A DNA stretch of 64,000 bases from an uncultured delta proteobacterium (GTDB taxonomy: Bacteria; Myxococcota_A; Polyangia; Polyangiales; Polyangiaceae): positions 2,816,001-2,880,000 of the forward strand of contig CAWDXG010000004.1 in assembly GCA_963806225.1 (NCBI GenBank), given 5' to 3'. Below are positions 10,814-22,137 of this stretch, piece by piece (the first letter of the stretch is position 1; every line of letters starts with the position of its first letter). The translations under genes were made by a program, and so were the position numbers. The notes below the pieces were generated by a model, which made no database searches, was not told the DNA's origin, and worked only from the letters and a program-made list of their open reading frames with translations.

Positions 10814-11500
10814 ATGGGCAGCGCGCTAGGACGGGTTGTGATGGGTGCGGTGCTCGGCGGGCTTGTATGCAGCTTCGCGGCGTGCGGGAGCAGCTCGAGC
10901 TCCGGGCACAGCCAGGACGGCGGCGGCGGAACCGAAGGCTCGGTCGACACGGGCACGGACGCTTGCATCGGGTGCAGCGACGCGCAGGCGAACGACTCGG
11001 GCGGCGACGCGGCGGACTCCGCAGCCGACTCCGCAGGGGGCTCCGCTCCGGACTCGGCCGCGGACGCTGTCGCCGATGCTCCGGCGGAGTCTTCCGCCGA
11101 CGCGGCTCCGGACGCAGCGCCCGACGCGCAGGGGGACGCGGCCGCGGACTCCGCGGCCGATGCGCCCGCCGAGTCGTCCACCGACGCCGGCGCGGACGCA
11201 TCGCCCGACGCCTCCGGCGACGCTTCCAACCCCGAAGCCTGCGTGCCGGCGACCTGCGGCACGTTCCAGCACGTCTACTGCGGCTCGGTACTCGACGGCT
11301 GTGGTGGCGTGATCCAGTGCTCGTGCCTGACCGGAACGACCTGCGTGATCTACGCCGGTGTGTCCGGCACCTGCTGCAAGCCGATCACCAACTGCTCGCA
11401 GTACCCGGCCCCCGAAGCGGGCACCTGCGCGACCTACACCGATAACTGCGGCGGCAAGATCCACTGCGGCAACTGCCCGTCGGACGCCGGTAGCGACTAG
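10814..11500 (+). CDS. Lipoprotein with acidic Asp/Ala repeat linker and Cys-rich C-terminal repeats
   Basis: FAAC lipobox; ADSAAD/DAAPD repeats; CG...DGCGG and DNCGG...CG repeats. Confidence 0.75.
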   Translation: MGSALGRVVMGAVLGGLVCSFAACGSSSSSGHSQDGGGGTEGSVDTGTDACIGCSDAQANDSGGDAADSAADSAGGSAPDSAADAVADAPAESSADAAPDAAPDAQGDAAADSAADAPAESSTDAGADASPDASGDASNPEACVPATCGTFQHVYCGSVLDGCGGVIQCSCLTGTTCVIYAGVSGTCCKPITNCSQYPAPEAGTCATYTDNCGGKIHCGNCPSDAGSD

Positions 11501-11745
11501 CAGCACTGTTCGAAACCGCCCTTGGCGCGCAGCACTGCGATTGTCGGTGCACGAAACGTCTGCTTGGCTTGCCTTGCGTGTCGTCTCCGGGTCTGGTGCT
11601 GGCCGCTGGCGGCGTGGTGGGGTGCAGCAGCTCCAGCAACAGCAGCAGCGGGGGCGCGGCGGGCAGCGGCGGTGCGCGGGCTCCCTGGGCGAGCGAGGCC
11701 ATCGACGCTGCGCGGAATCCTGTAGGCTCCTCTAGCGTTGGCGCG

Positions 11746-12885
11746 ATGATGGTGGCGGGTCGGAACATGGCGGCGTTGGCGGCGTGCGCGGCGCTGTGTA
11801 TCGGCTGCAGGTCGTCGCGGGCGCGGCGCGAGGCGCCACCGGCTCACCACGCAACGAGACCAGCGGTGTCCGCGTCGGCGCGCAAGGCCCTGCACATAGC
11901 GAGCGCACAACCCGCACCGGCTCACCCGGCGCCGACCGCATCGGGCTCCGCGGCGGCGCCGGCAGCCGCGTCGGCAAGCGCCGCCGCACTTCCGGTACTG
12001 GCGCGCCTCGGCTTCAGCATCACGCACACCTACGAGGAGCGGCACCTGGCCTGGCGGCAGGTCGAAAAGCTCAACTGGCAGGGTGTCGCCGCGGGACAGC
12101 CGGCGCTGCCGCCCGCGCCGCCGCTCGCTACCCACGGCTGCCCAGCAGGCATGGTCCGCGTCCACGGCGGCTTCCTCGTTGACGCAAACGGCCGCGACAA
12201 CAACGACAACGTGCAGGTCGCCCAGGACCGTGCCTGCAGCCACTGGCGCACCAAGGCCCACGACATCTACGGCAGTTGCGATCGCTTCGATCGCGACCGC
12301 TGGCTCGCGATCCAGAAGTCGCTGCGGCGCGAACCGATGGACTTCTGCATCGATCGCTACGAGTTCCCCGACGTGTACGGCCAGTTCCCCGTCGTCGTCG
12401 TCACCTTCTCGGAGGCGCAGAAGTACTGCAAGAAGGTCGGCAAGCGGCTGTGTACGGAGAACGAGTGGACCTTCGCCTGCGAAGGCGAGGAGGGCGTCCC
12501 CTACCCGTACGGCTACGACCGCGACAAGACCGCGTGCCGCATCGACGTCTTCGGCCCGCGCCCCGACAAGGACACCCTGCGCCCGCGCATGACGGCACAC
12601 ACCGCCAAGGGCATCGATCTGGCCTGGCGCGGTCTGCGCTCCGGCGCGTCGCCGCGATGCAAGAGCCCCTTCGGCATCTACGACATGACCGGCAACGTGG
12701 ACGAGTGGACGGAAACCGTGCGGAAGTACGGCTACAAGATGATCCTCAAGGGCGGCCACTGGGGATTCGTGCGCCAGCGCTGTCGCCCCGCCACGCGCGG
12801 GCACGGTCCGCTCTACGTCCGCTACGACCAGGGCTTCCGCTGCTGCGGGGACGCCCCGGGCGGGGCACGGGCACCGGGCGGATAG
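11746..12885 (+). CDS. SUMF1/FGE-sulfatase domain protein
   Basis: FCIDRYE, GKRLCTENEW, SPFGIYDMTGNVDEW and GFRCC motifs. Confidence 0.88.
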   Translation: MMVAGRNMAALAACAALCIGCRSSRARREAPPAHHATRPAVSASARKALHIASAQPAPAHPAPTASGSAAAPAAASASAAALPVLARLGFSITHTYEERHLAWRQVEKLNWQGVAAGQPALPPAPPLATHGCPAGMVRVHGGFLVDANGRDNNDNVQVAQDRACSHWRTKAHDIYGSCDRFDRDRWLAIQKSLRREPMDFCIDRYEFPDVYGQFPVVVVTFSEAQKYCKKVGKRLCTENEWTFACEGEEGVPYPYGYDRDKTACRIDVFGPRPDKDTLRPRMTAHTAKGIDLAWRGLRSGASPRCKSPFGIYDMTGNVDEWTETVRKYGYKMILKGGHWGFVRQRCRPATRGHGPLYVRYDQGFRCCGDAPGGARAPGG

Positions 12886-12946
12886 TTCGCGCCGTGATCC
12901 GCGCGTTCCGGTTTCCGGACCGCGGAGGGCGGCCTGGGGCGTTGGG

Positions 12947-13498
12947 TCAGGGCACGAATCCCAGAACGTCAGCGGCCTGCTGCGATCCCGAGAGGGTAAG
13001 CGTGCCAGTCGCGGTGTTTGCATTCTTGCCGGTGTCCGGCGCCATGACCACGTGCGCGAAGCCTAGCCCAATGCTGTTGCGCGCAACCGACTCGATCCTC
13101 ACTGTGCCGCTGGTTGCCGCCCATACTTTCGTGCCGTGGTTGCCCTCTGCATATTCGACGGTTGCGGTGTTGCCGGTCTGGGCGTTTGTGACGGGGTATG
13201 TCGTGCCGACACTCGGCTTGTCGCCCATCACGCTGATCGCAAGCGCTTGTGGGACGTTCGCGAGTCGGATGCACACGGAAGCATACCTGGCCGCTCCGTC
13301 AGGACCGCTGAAGTCGCCGCTCAAGGAGCCATTGAACTTCGCGAACGCATTGTTCGCCCCGTTGGCGCCGGAGATCGCGGTCGGGCACTGTCCACTCTCG
13401 GCAGACCCGCTGCCACTATTTTCGTTCGAGCTACAACCCGCGGCAACGGTCAAGCAGATAGCAGCAACTGCGGCGACGCTCGAGTGATACCCGGTCAT
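12947..13498 (-). CDS. Hypothetical lipoprotein
   Basis: AAICLTVAAGC lipobox. Confidence 0.65.
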   Translation of the reverse strand: MTGYHSSVAAVAAICLTVAAGCSSNENSGSGSAESGQCPTAISGANGANNAFAKFNGSLSGDFSGPDGAARYASVCIRLANVPQALAISVMGDKPSVGTTYPVTNAQTGNTATVEYAEGNHGTKVWAATSGTVRIESVARNSIGLGFAHVVMAPDTGKNANTATGTLTLSGSQQAADVLGFVP

Positions 13499-13639
13499 GA
13501 CCCGCTCTTTCCTTGCAGCACTACGACCTCAAGTGGCTGGCGTACTGCCGTCAGCGTGCCCGAGCTCCTCCGGGTTGACAACCCACGCTACACCCGCCAG
13601 CGCATGCTCAGCGCAGCGGCATGGTCGATTGGGGCGCGT

Positions 13640-13790
13640 AGGACAAGCGACCGTCTACTGGGCGAACTAGCTTCAACAGCGACGGCGCCGTGATGAAGGT
13701 TGCCCTCGACGGGGGCACGCCGGTCACGCTCGCGTCGAAGCAGCAGTTCCCCGTCTCCATCGCGGTCGACGCGAACAGTGCAAGGACAGG
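13640..13790 (+). pseudogene. Remnant of a beta-propeller repeat gene
   Basis: TVYWAN* followed by VMKVALDGGTPVTLASKQQFPVSIAVDANS, the same repeat type as 47479-48567. Confidence 0.6.
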
Positions 13791-13902
13791 CAGCAGGGCG
13801 CAACGTGCACCGTCAAGTTCCGCGACCGTAGCCTCGACGGCATGTGCGAACCGGGACCCGATGACCAGGCACCGCTGGCCTGCCGCCCAAAGGGCGCACG
13901 CG

Positions 13903-14526
13903 TTAGCTCTTCAACCCGCGCTCCGTCACGATCGCTGCGTTGCGCTCGTCCGCGCGCTTCAGCGCAGGCCGGGCGGCCAGGCGCTCGGCGTATGCGACGA
14001 AGGTCGGGCGCGCCTCGATCGTCCCGAACTGCATCATGTAGCGTAGCGTCCCGCCGAAGATGACGTCAGCCATCGAGAAGCGGTCGCCGAGGACATACTC
14101 GCGGCCTTCGAGCGCGCGCTCCATCGAGTCGAGCACCGCGTCGTACACGCCCCACCCCGCCTGGGAGGGCTTGTACTCCCAGCCCCCCACCTTGGCTATC
14201 ACCGCCGGCTCGATGACTGCGGGCGCGAAGCAGATCCAGCGTAGGTACGTACCGCGCGCCGGGTCGTCGATCGCCGGGGCGAGGCGGCCGGGCGCGTAGC
14301 GGTCCGCGAGGTACATCCCGATGGCGGCGCCCTCGGTCACGACGACGTCACCGTCCTTCAGGATCGGCAGCTTGCCCATCGGGTTCATGGCAAGGATCTC
14401 CGGCGACTTCTGCTCGCCGGCCAGGATGTCGACGAAGCGGAGCTCGTGCTCGACACCGACCTCCTCGAGCTGCCAGACGGTGCCCGCGGCGCGGGAGAAG
14501 GGGTGGTGGAACAGGACGATGGACAT
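13903..14526 (-). CDS. Glutathione S-transferase family protein
   Basis: NPMGKLPIL, EGAAIGMYLAD and LGDRFSMADV motifs. Confidence 0.92.
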   Translation of the reverse strand: MSIVLFHHPFSRAAGTVWQLEEVGVEHELRFVDILAGEQKSPEILAMNPMGKLPILKDGDVVVTEGAAIGMYLADRYAPGRLAPAIDDPARGTYLRWICFAPAVIEPAVIAKVGGWEYKPSQAGWGVYDAVLDSMERALEGREYVLGDRFSMADVIFGGTLRYMMQFGTIEARPTFVAYAERLAARPALKRADERNAAIVTERGLKS

Positions 14527-14606
14527 GATGGATTCCCTCCGACTCGAGCGACCGACGACCTCCGCCGCGTCAACCGCAGGAGACCATAGTCCGACCCCAT
14601 GACAGC

Positions 14607-14879
14607 GTGGTGTCAGGATGGGTGCCGTCGACCCACGTGGCTACGGCGGCAGTGGCTCCAGCTCCGGGGGAGGCGGTGGCTATACGTGTTCGAGCACAAC
14701 TATCGCGAATGCCCGGCAACGCATCGAGCGGCTCGTCGTATAGCGACTCGAGTAGCGCTAGCGGCTGTGCACTGGCCGACGGTTCCCCTGGCGTCCCGGG
14801 CGGGCTACCCGTCGCCGCGCTCTTTGCTGTGGGGCTCCTGATCGCACGGCGCCGGAGAGGAACCGCACCTCAGGCATGA
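14607..14879 (+). pseudogene. Orphan MYXO-CTERM-like C-terminus
   Basis: SSSASGCAL...GLPVAALFAVGLLIARRRR with no plausible upstream body. Confidence 0.55.
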
Positions 14880-14891
14880 GCGCCCCCTTGC

Positions 14892-15203
14892 TCAGCGCTT
14901 CGCCCGCGGCACGTGGCGCAGGAAGAGCACGAGCTCGGCCCGGGACATTACGCCCAGCTTGCGGAAGATCGAGTCGAGCTGGTTGCCGACCGTCTTCGCG
15001 CTCACGCCGCGCGCCCGCGCAATGTGCTGCGTCGATTCGCCCTGGAATACGCGTAGCGCGATGTCCTGCTCGGCCTCGGTGAGCGCGGCTGGAACCCGGG
15101 CCTCCGGCTTTGCGATCTCGAGCAACGCGAGGTCTGGTGCGAGATACCGCACGCTGGCCCCTTCGGGGAGCGGAATGTCGGCGTATTCGTCGTCGTCGCT
15201 CAC
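14892..15203 (-). CDS. Small LuxR-type HTH protein
   Basis: LTEAEQDIALRVFQGESTQHIARARGVSAKTVGNQLDSIFRKLGVMSRAEL. Confidence 0.85.
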   Translation of the reverse strand: MSDDDEYADIPLPEGASVRYLAPDLALLEIAKPEARVPAALTEAEQDIALRVFQGESTQHIARARGVSAKTVGNQLDSIFRKLGVMSRAELVLFLRHVPRAKR

Positions 15204-15204
15204 T

Positions 15205-15421
15205 TCACACACTCTGCGGGTAGCGCGACCCGAGCTGGCGCACGAGGTCGAGCCGGCGGGCGATGCCGAGCTTCCGCATCGCGTGACCCAGGTGCGTCGA
15301 CACGGTGCTCTCCGCGATGCCCAGGTGGTACGCGACGAGCTTGTCGGCGTAGCCCCGCGGACTGCGGGGCCTTCAAGTCATAAGCTGCTTCGACGATGGA
15401 GATTACATCCCGTCGCCCCAT
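15205..15421 (-). pseudogene. Internally deleted LuxR regulator, paralogue of 22138-23187
   Basis: MGRRDVISIVEAAYDL is joined out of frame to RGYADKLVAYHLGIAESTVSTHLGHAMRKLGIARRLDLVRQLGSRYPQSV*. Confidence 0.88.
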
Positions 15422-15649
15422 GCTTCTTCACCTCCTCGTCGAGAGACACCAATCCCCCCCTCGATAGAGCAGTCACGGGTCGAGACGCGACGATCCCAGT
15501 CAAGCATCGAAGATACACGGCACGAATGGGAGGCGTCAATGCGATCCGAGCCCTGTGGAGTGCTGCGCTTCCGTGGGGAGATGCAGGATCTGATCGTCCT
15601 GGCTCATGCATTCTTTTTTTCGGGGGAGTGCGTGCGCGTAGGTAGGACC

Positions 15650-15830
15650 AGCCACCTTCCGCAATGCGTGTCGACAGGCAACTGCAGCCGCTGGGCGCAT
15701 AGCTTCCGCAATTGCCGTTGCACGAGGACGATGTCCCTCCGGCGTCGGAGGAGGGATTGTTCGCTCCGGCGTCGCCGATGATCTTGCCGCCCGAAGAATC
15801 CCCTTGCCCCGACCGCACGCCGCCATGGTC
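15650..15830 (-). pseudogene. Fragment of a Cys-rich secreted protein
   Basis: GDAGANNPSSDAGGTSSSCNGNCGSYAPSGCSC, truncated on both sides. Confidence 0.45.
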
Positions 15831-16183
15831 ACGACAATGGCAACTACAGCGAAAGTCGCGCAGAAGACTCCACGATCGAGCGTGGCCCGCGGCGCACCGA
15901 CGCGTCCATGGGGATTTCCTTGAGCCCATGATCCCGCGCTCTTGGCAGGCTTGCACTCACGGGCTCGGGGACTTCCCTATGCGGCCTGCCGTCCCGGTCT
16001 TCACTCGCGCCGCCCGCGGTCCCCGGCGGTGTGTAATTGGCTGGAATCCCAGCCTGTTCCCCGAGATGCACTCGTTCCGTGCTGATGCGGCGGTCTGGCC
16101 TGGAGTCGTCGAGGCTCGCGCTGATCTGTGATTCATCGGCGGGGACTGGGATGATGATGGTATAAGCGCATCATGGAGGAGTC

Positions 16184-17665
<1,482 letters not shown>

Positions 17666-17675
17666 GGCGTGTTGA

Positions 17676-18890
17676 ATGACACGTAGTGTGCACAGGTATC
17701 TCTGCCTTCCGGTCATCACCTGCTTGACCATCGCTTCCGCGGCCGCGCTTGCTCAAGGGCCGGCGCCGTCGCCGGGTGCAGCTGCGCCAAGCGGTTCTGC
17801 AGCGCGCGCTGCGCCGAGCGGCTCTGCAGCGCCTGCTGCGCCTGCAGCGCCGAGCGGCTCTGCGGCGCCTGCCGGTTCAGCCGCGCCCGCCGCGCCGAGC
17901 GGCTCTACAGCGCCTGCAGCGCCTGCAGGTTCGGTCGCGCCCGCCGCGCCGAGCGGCTCTGCGGCGCCTGCCGGTTCAGCCGCGCCGGCGGTGCCGTCAC
18001 TGTCGGATTCGCTGAAGGGCGCGGCGAAGCAGGCCTACGAGCAAGGCCGCATCCTCTACACCGACGGCGACAACGCCGGCGCGCTGATCAAGTTCAAGCT
18101 CGCCTACAAGACGTCGAAAGACCCGCGTCTGCTCTGGAACATGGCCGTGTGCGACAAGAACCTGCGGCACTACGCCAAGGCGCAGGATCTCGTGGAGCAG
18201 TACCTGAGCGACGGCGAGGGCGTCCTGACCGATCGGGACCGCCAGGTGGCAGTGAGCGTCGTGCAGGCGATCAAGGCGTACGTCGCGACGCTCACCATCA
18301 ACGTGGACCAGTCGGGCGCGGCCATCATCATCGACGGGACGCGCGTGGGCACCAGCCCGCTGTCGAGCCCCGTGCGCGTGGACGTTGGCCAGCGCAAGAT
18401 CACGATCAGCAAGAAGGGCTACAAGATCTTCCAGCAGACGCTGGTCGTCCCCGGCGGGTCGCCCATGACCCTGACGGCGAAGTTGCAGCAGGTCGTACAC
18501 CAGGGGCAGCTGCGCGTGGTGACCGACATGAACGGCCGCATCGAGATCGACGGCAGATACGTGGGTCGCGGGCACTGGAGCGGCAAGCTGTCCAGTGGCG
18601 ATCACGTCATCGGCATCACCGCGCCGGGCAAGAAGCAGTACCAGGACAACGTCACCATCTCCGACGGCCAGCTCCAGGTGGCGCGCGTGACGCTGGAGGA
18701 CAAGCAGAAGCCGCAAGCCGTGGTGCAGAGCAGCGGCGTGCCGACCTGGTTGTGGGTTGCCGGCGGTGTGGTGCTCGCAGCGGGGCTGGGAACCGGCGGC
18801 TACTTCCTGTTGAAACCCCAGGAGACCACGCCGTCTGCCAGTGCCGGTTCGATGGACCCCGGCATCGTGCACGTGTCGTTCAGGAGGTAG
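17676..18890 (+). CDS. PEGA-domain protein with TPR-like region
   Basis: Signal peptide, PSGSAAPA repeats, a helical region, two PEGA-like units (IDGTRVGTSPL; IDGRYVG) and a C-terminal TM helix. Confidence 0.85.
   Translation: MTRSVHRYLCLPVITCLTIASAAALAQGPAPSPGAAAPSGSAARAAPSGSAAPAAPAAPSGSAAPAGSAAPAAPSGSTAPAAPAGSVAPAAPSGSAAPAGSAAPAVPSLSDSLKGAAKQAYEQGRILYTDGDNAGALIKFKLAYKTSKDPRLLWNMAVCDKNLRHYAKAQDLVEQYLSDGEGVLTDRDRQVAVSVVQAIKAYVATLTINVDQSGAAIIIDGTRVGTSPLSSPVRVDVGQRKITISKKGYKIFQQTLVVPGGSPMTLTAKLQQVVHQGQLRVVTDMNGRIEIDGRYVGRGHWSGKLSSGDHVIGITAPGKKQYQDNVTISDGQLQVARVTLEDKQKPQAVVQSSGVPTWLWVAGGVVLAAGLGTGGYFLLKPQETTPSASAGSMDPGIVHVSFRR
17770..17990 (+). repeat. Imperfect coding tandem repeat (PSGSAAPAAP)
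   Basis: Repeated gcgccgagcggctctgc units. Confidence 0.85.
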
Positions 18891-18893
18891 TCG

Positions 18894-20882
18894 ATGAGCC
18901 GCATTCGCGCACCGCGTTGGTTGAAATACACAGGACTCGTAGTCGCCGGCGTGGCGATGTCGTCCTCTTGCTCGAACAAGCCGAAACCGCCCGGCGAGCT
19001 GATGCTGTCGCTGCAGACGGACATGTCGATCCCGAAGGACATCGACGCCGTCTGGATCGAGATCTCGAAGTACGGCAACACGGTTTTCCGGAACCGCTAC
19101 GACGTGGGTCCGAGCGGCGTGAAGATCCCGGCGACGCTCGCGGTGGAGGCCGACCCCGGCAAGTCGCCGCCGGTAACGATCCGCGTGATCAGCCAGCAGG
19201 GCACGAAGACGCGGACCTTGCGTGAAGTGGTGACGACGGTGCCTCCGGATCGCACCGCGATGCTGCGCGTACCGATCGAGTGGCTGTGCGACGGCTCGGG
19301 CGAGCAGATCCCGGGCACATCGCCGCCACAGTTCAAGAACACGTGCCCCGCGGGTCAGACGTGCCAGTCGGGGACGTGCACGACGAGCACGGTCGATTCG
19401 TCCAAGCTGCCGACCTTCAAACCTGCCGACGTCTTTGGCGGCGGCAACGGAGACGGCACCGGAAAGTGCTTCGACACGCTGGGCTGCTTCTCGACGCCGA
19501 TTGCGCTGCCTGTCGACACGACGACGTGCACGGCAGATGTGTCGGACCTGATGGGCGGTAGCGCTGGCGCGGGCACCGGCGGGGGCGCCGTGGATGGAGT
19601 CGCTGGCAGCGGCACGGGCGCAACTGGTGGCGCGGGCGGAACTGGTCAGGCGCAGGGCGCACTGGGCGCCGCCAAGCTCAACATCGCGCTGGAGCTACCC
19701 AGCGGTGGCGACGGCATCTGTGACTCGAACCAGTGCCTGGTGCCGCTCGACGGCCAGAGCGAATGGACTGTGTCGAACACCACGGTCACCTTGCCGAAGG
19801 CGGTGTGCGACCGGCTGCAGAGCGGCGCCGCACAAGCCGTCGTGGCCACGCTGTCGTGCGACACCAAGACCGCGGCGACGCCGACGTGCGGGCCGTGGTC
19901 GAGTGTGAGCGGGACTGGGCCGGAGGACGCCGGAGTTGGAACAGGCGGGACCGCGGGCAGCAGCGCCGGAGGCGCCAGCGCCGGGGGCAGCGTCGGGGTA
20001 GCGGGAAGTAGCGCTGGTGGAAGCGTCGGGATTGCGGGCAGCAGCGCCGCGGGCAGTAGCGCCGGGGGCAGCGGCGCGGACGGCGGTACGGCGTCGCCTC
20101 TTGGCCAGGCGTGCACGACGACCAGCGATTGCGGCGGCGGTCTGATCTGCGTGCCCGAGAATAGCACCAGCTTCAACGGGGAAGGACCGCCCGGAGGGCT
20201 TTGCACGCAGACCTGCCAGACCACCGCGGACTGCCAGGCGCTGGCGCCCAACTCCCAGTGCGTCAGCGAGGGCGGCACCACTTCGTATTGCCTCGAAGGG
20301 TGCACTTTTGGGGCAGCGAACCTGTCCAAGTGCCACTCGCGGTCCACCACCGCCTGTTCTTCGCTGAATCCACCTACTGCCGATGGCGGGGTGATCGACG
20401 CCGGAGCACAGTTCGCGGCGTGCATTCCGGTCTGTGGCAGCGACTGGGATTGTGGAACTGGCTATTGCGACCTCAAGACGGGCCTGTGCAGCGCGTCGCC
20501 GCCTGCGGGGGGCCTGCCGATCGGGTCTTCCTGCGACCCCAGCGTGAGTCCGAGTCCTTGCTCGGGCTTCTGTCAGCCGTGGGGCTCTGGGAATCTGGGC
20601 TTCTGCTCCGCACCGTGCACTTTGTCGCAGGTGGGTTGTGGCTACCAAGCGGGGACAGCGACTGCCGCATGCCTTTTTTCACCAGCTGGCGCCTCAAGTC
20701 TCGATCTCGGATTCTGCGGCGCATTGTGCGACTGCGACAGCGAGTGTCAGCAAGGTGCGTCGTGTGCCCCGCTGCCCTCTAATTACGTTTCCGCTACGGG
20801 ACGCGCGGGCTATTGCGGGCTCAGTTCTGACGTGGACGGCGGGCTTCCAACCTGCCCGGCCACAGACGCCGGCCCGGGTTGA
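18894..20882 (+). CDS. Cys-rich lipoprotein
   Basis: AMSSSC lipobox-like motif, Gly/Ser linkers and many Cys repeats; starts 3 bp after the PEGA stop. Confidence 0.85.
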   Translation: MSRIRAPRWLKYTGLVVAGVAMSSSCSNKPKPPGELMLSLQTDMSIPKDIDAVWIEISKYGNTVFRNRYDVGPSGVKIPATLAVEADPGKSPPVTIRVISQQGTKTRTLREVVTTVPPDRTAMLRVPIEWLCDGSGEQIPGTSPPQFKNTCPAGQTCQSGTCTTSTVDSSKLPTFKPADVFGGGNGDGTGKCFDTLGCFSTPIALPVDTTTCTADVSDLMGGSAGAGTGGGAVDGVAGSGTGATGGAGGTGQAQGALGAAKLNIALELPSGGDGICDSNQCLVPLDGQSEWTVSNTTVTLPKAVCDRLQSGAAQAVVATLSCDTKTAATPTCGPWSSVSGTGPEDAGVGTGGTAGSSAGGASAGGSVGVAGSSAGGSVGIAGSSAAGSSAGGSGADGGTASPLGQACTTTSDCGGGLICVPENSTSFNGEGPPGGLCTQTCQTTADCQALAPNSQCVSEGGTTSYCLEGCTFGAANLSKCHSRSTTACSSLNPPTADGGVIDAGAQFAACIPVCGSDWDCGTGYCDLKTGLCSASPPAGGLPIGSSCDPSVSPSPCSGFCQPWGSGNLGFCSAPCTLSQVGCGYQAGTATAACLFSPAGASSLDLGFCGALCDCDSECQQGASCAPLPSNYVSATGRAGYCGLSSDVDGGLPTCPATDAGPG

Positions 20883-20929
20883 TTCGGCCCTTGTGAAGGT
20901 ACCTGATCAGTCGCGCGAAATCGCTACAC

Positions 20930-22126
20930 TGGCTGAAATTGACGGGACTCGTTGTCGCCGGCGTGGCGATGTCGTCCTCTTGCTCGAACAAGCCGAAACC
21001 GCCCGGCGAGCTGATGCTGTCGCTCCAGACGGACATGTCGATTCCGAAGGACATCGACGCCGTCTGGATCGAGATCTCGAAGTACGGCAACACGGTTTTC
21101 CGGAACCGCTACGACGTGGGTCCGAGCGGCGTGAAGATCCCTGCGACGCTCGCGGTGGAGGCCGACCCCGGCAAGTCGCCGCCGGTAACGATCCGCGTGA
21201 TCAGCCAGCAGGGGACGACGACGCGGACGCTGCGTGAGGTGGTGACGACGGTGCCGCCGGACCGCACCGCGATGCTGCGCGTGCCGATCGAGTGGCTGTG
21301 CGATGGCTCGGGCGAGCAGATCCCGAACACAACGCCGCCACAGTTCAAGAACACGTGCCCCGCGCGTCAGACGTGCCAGTCGGGGACGTGCACGACGAGC
21401 ACGGTCGATTCGTCCAAGCTGCCGACCTTCAAACATGCCGACGTCTTTGGCGGCGGCAACGGAGACGGCACCGGAAAGTGCTTCGACACGCTGGGCTGCT
21501 TTGCGACGCCCGTGCCGCTGCAGGTCGATACGACGACCTGCACGGCAGATGTGTCGCAGCTGGTGGGCGGAAGTGTCGGCAGCGGTGCAGGGGGCGCGCC
21601 GACGAAGCTCAACGTCGCGCTCGAGCTTCCGGCCGGTGGCGACGGCATCTGCGACTCTAACAAGTGTCTCGTGCCGCTCGACGAGCAGACTGTCTGGACG
21701 GTGTCGAACACCACGGTCACCTTGCCGAAGGCGGTGTGCGACCGGCTGCAGAGCGGCGCCGCACAAGCCGTCGTGGCCACGCTTCCAATCGCGTACGTTG
21801 TGTGCGTTGAGGACGGGTTCGATTTCTCGACCTTTCCTCTTCGCCCGCGCTCTGTAGCCCTCCGCGCGGTCGCTCGCCGCCGCCGCGTACAACGCCGAGC
21901 CCGTCTCAACCTATGCAGCCTCCGGAAATGCCGGGGGGATTCATCGACCTGCGACACGTGCATGCAGACCCTCTGCTGCAACGAGTGGGAAGCCTGCATG
22001 AACGACAACCTGTGCACTTCCGCCGACGCCGCCGCCATCACCGCCAAGACGAACACGCTGCTCAGCTGCGCGCGCAGCACCGAGGGTGGCGCCAGGCGCA
22101 GCGTGCCCTGCTTCGACGGCTTCTAG
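20930..22126 (+). pseudogene. Truncated, chimeric tandem duplicate of 18894-20882
   Basis: Near-identical to about 18917-19852 up to 21783. The codon matching the start ATG reads ATC. The 3' part is unrelated Cys-rich sequence. Confidence 0.75.
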
Positions 22127-22137
22127 GTGATCGTCGG

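Noticed and set aside
11569..11745. N-terminal extension of the SUMF1 protein
   Set aside because: It contains a separate lipobox and Gly/Ser linker, probably a remnant of another lipoprotein. The SUMF1 gene has its own signal after 11746.
18917..21783. Diversity-generating retroelement template/variable repeat pair
   Set aside because: Mismatches include G/C, C/T and G/T and are not adenine-specific, and there is no reverse transcriptase in the window. The FGE-type gene at 11746 has no matching repeat.
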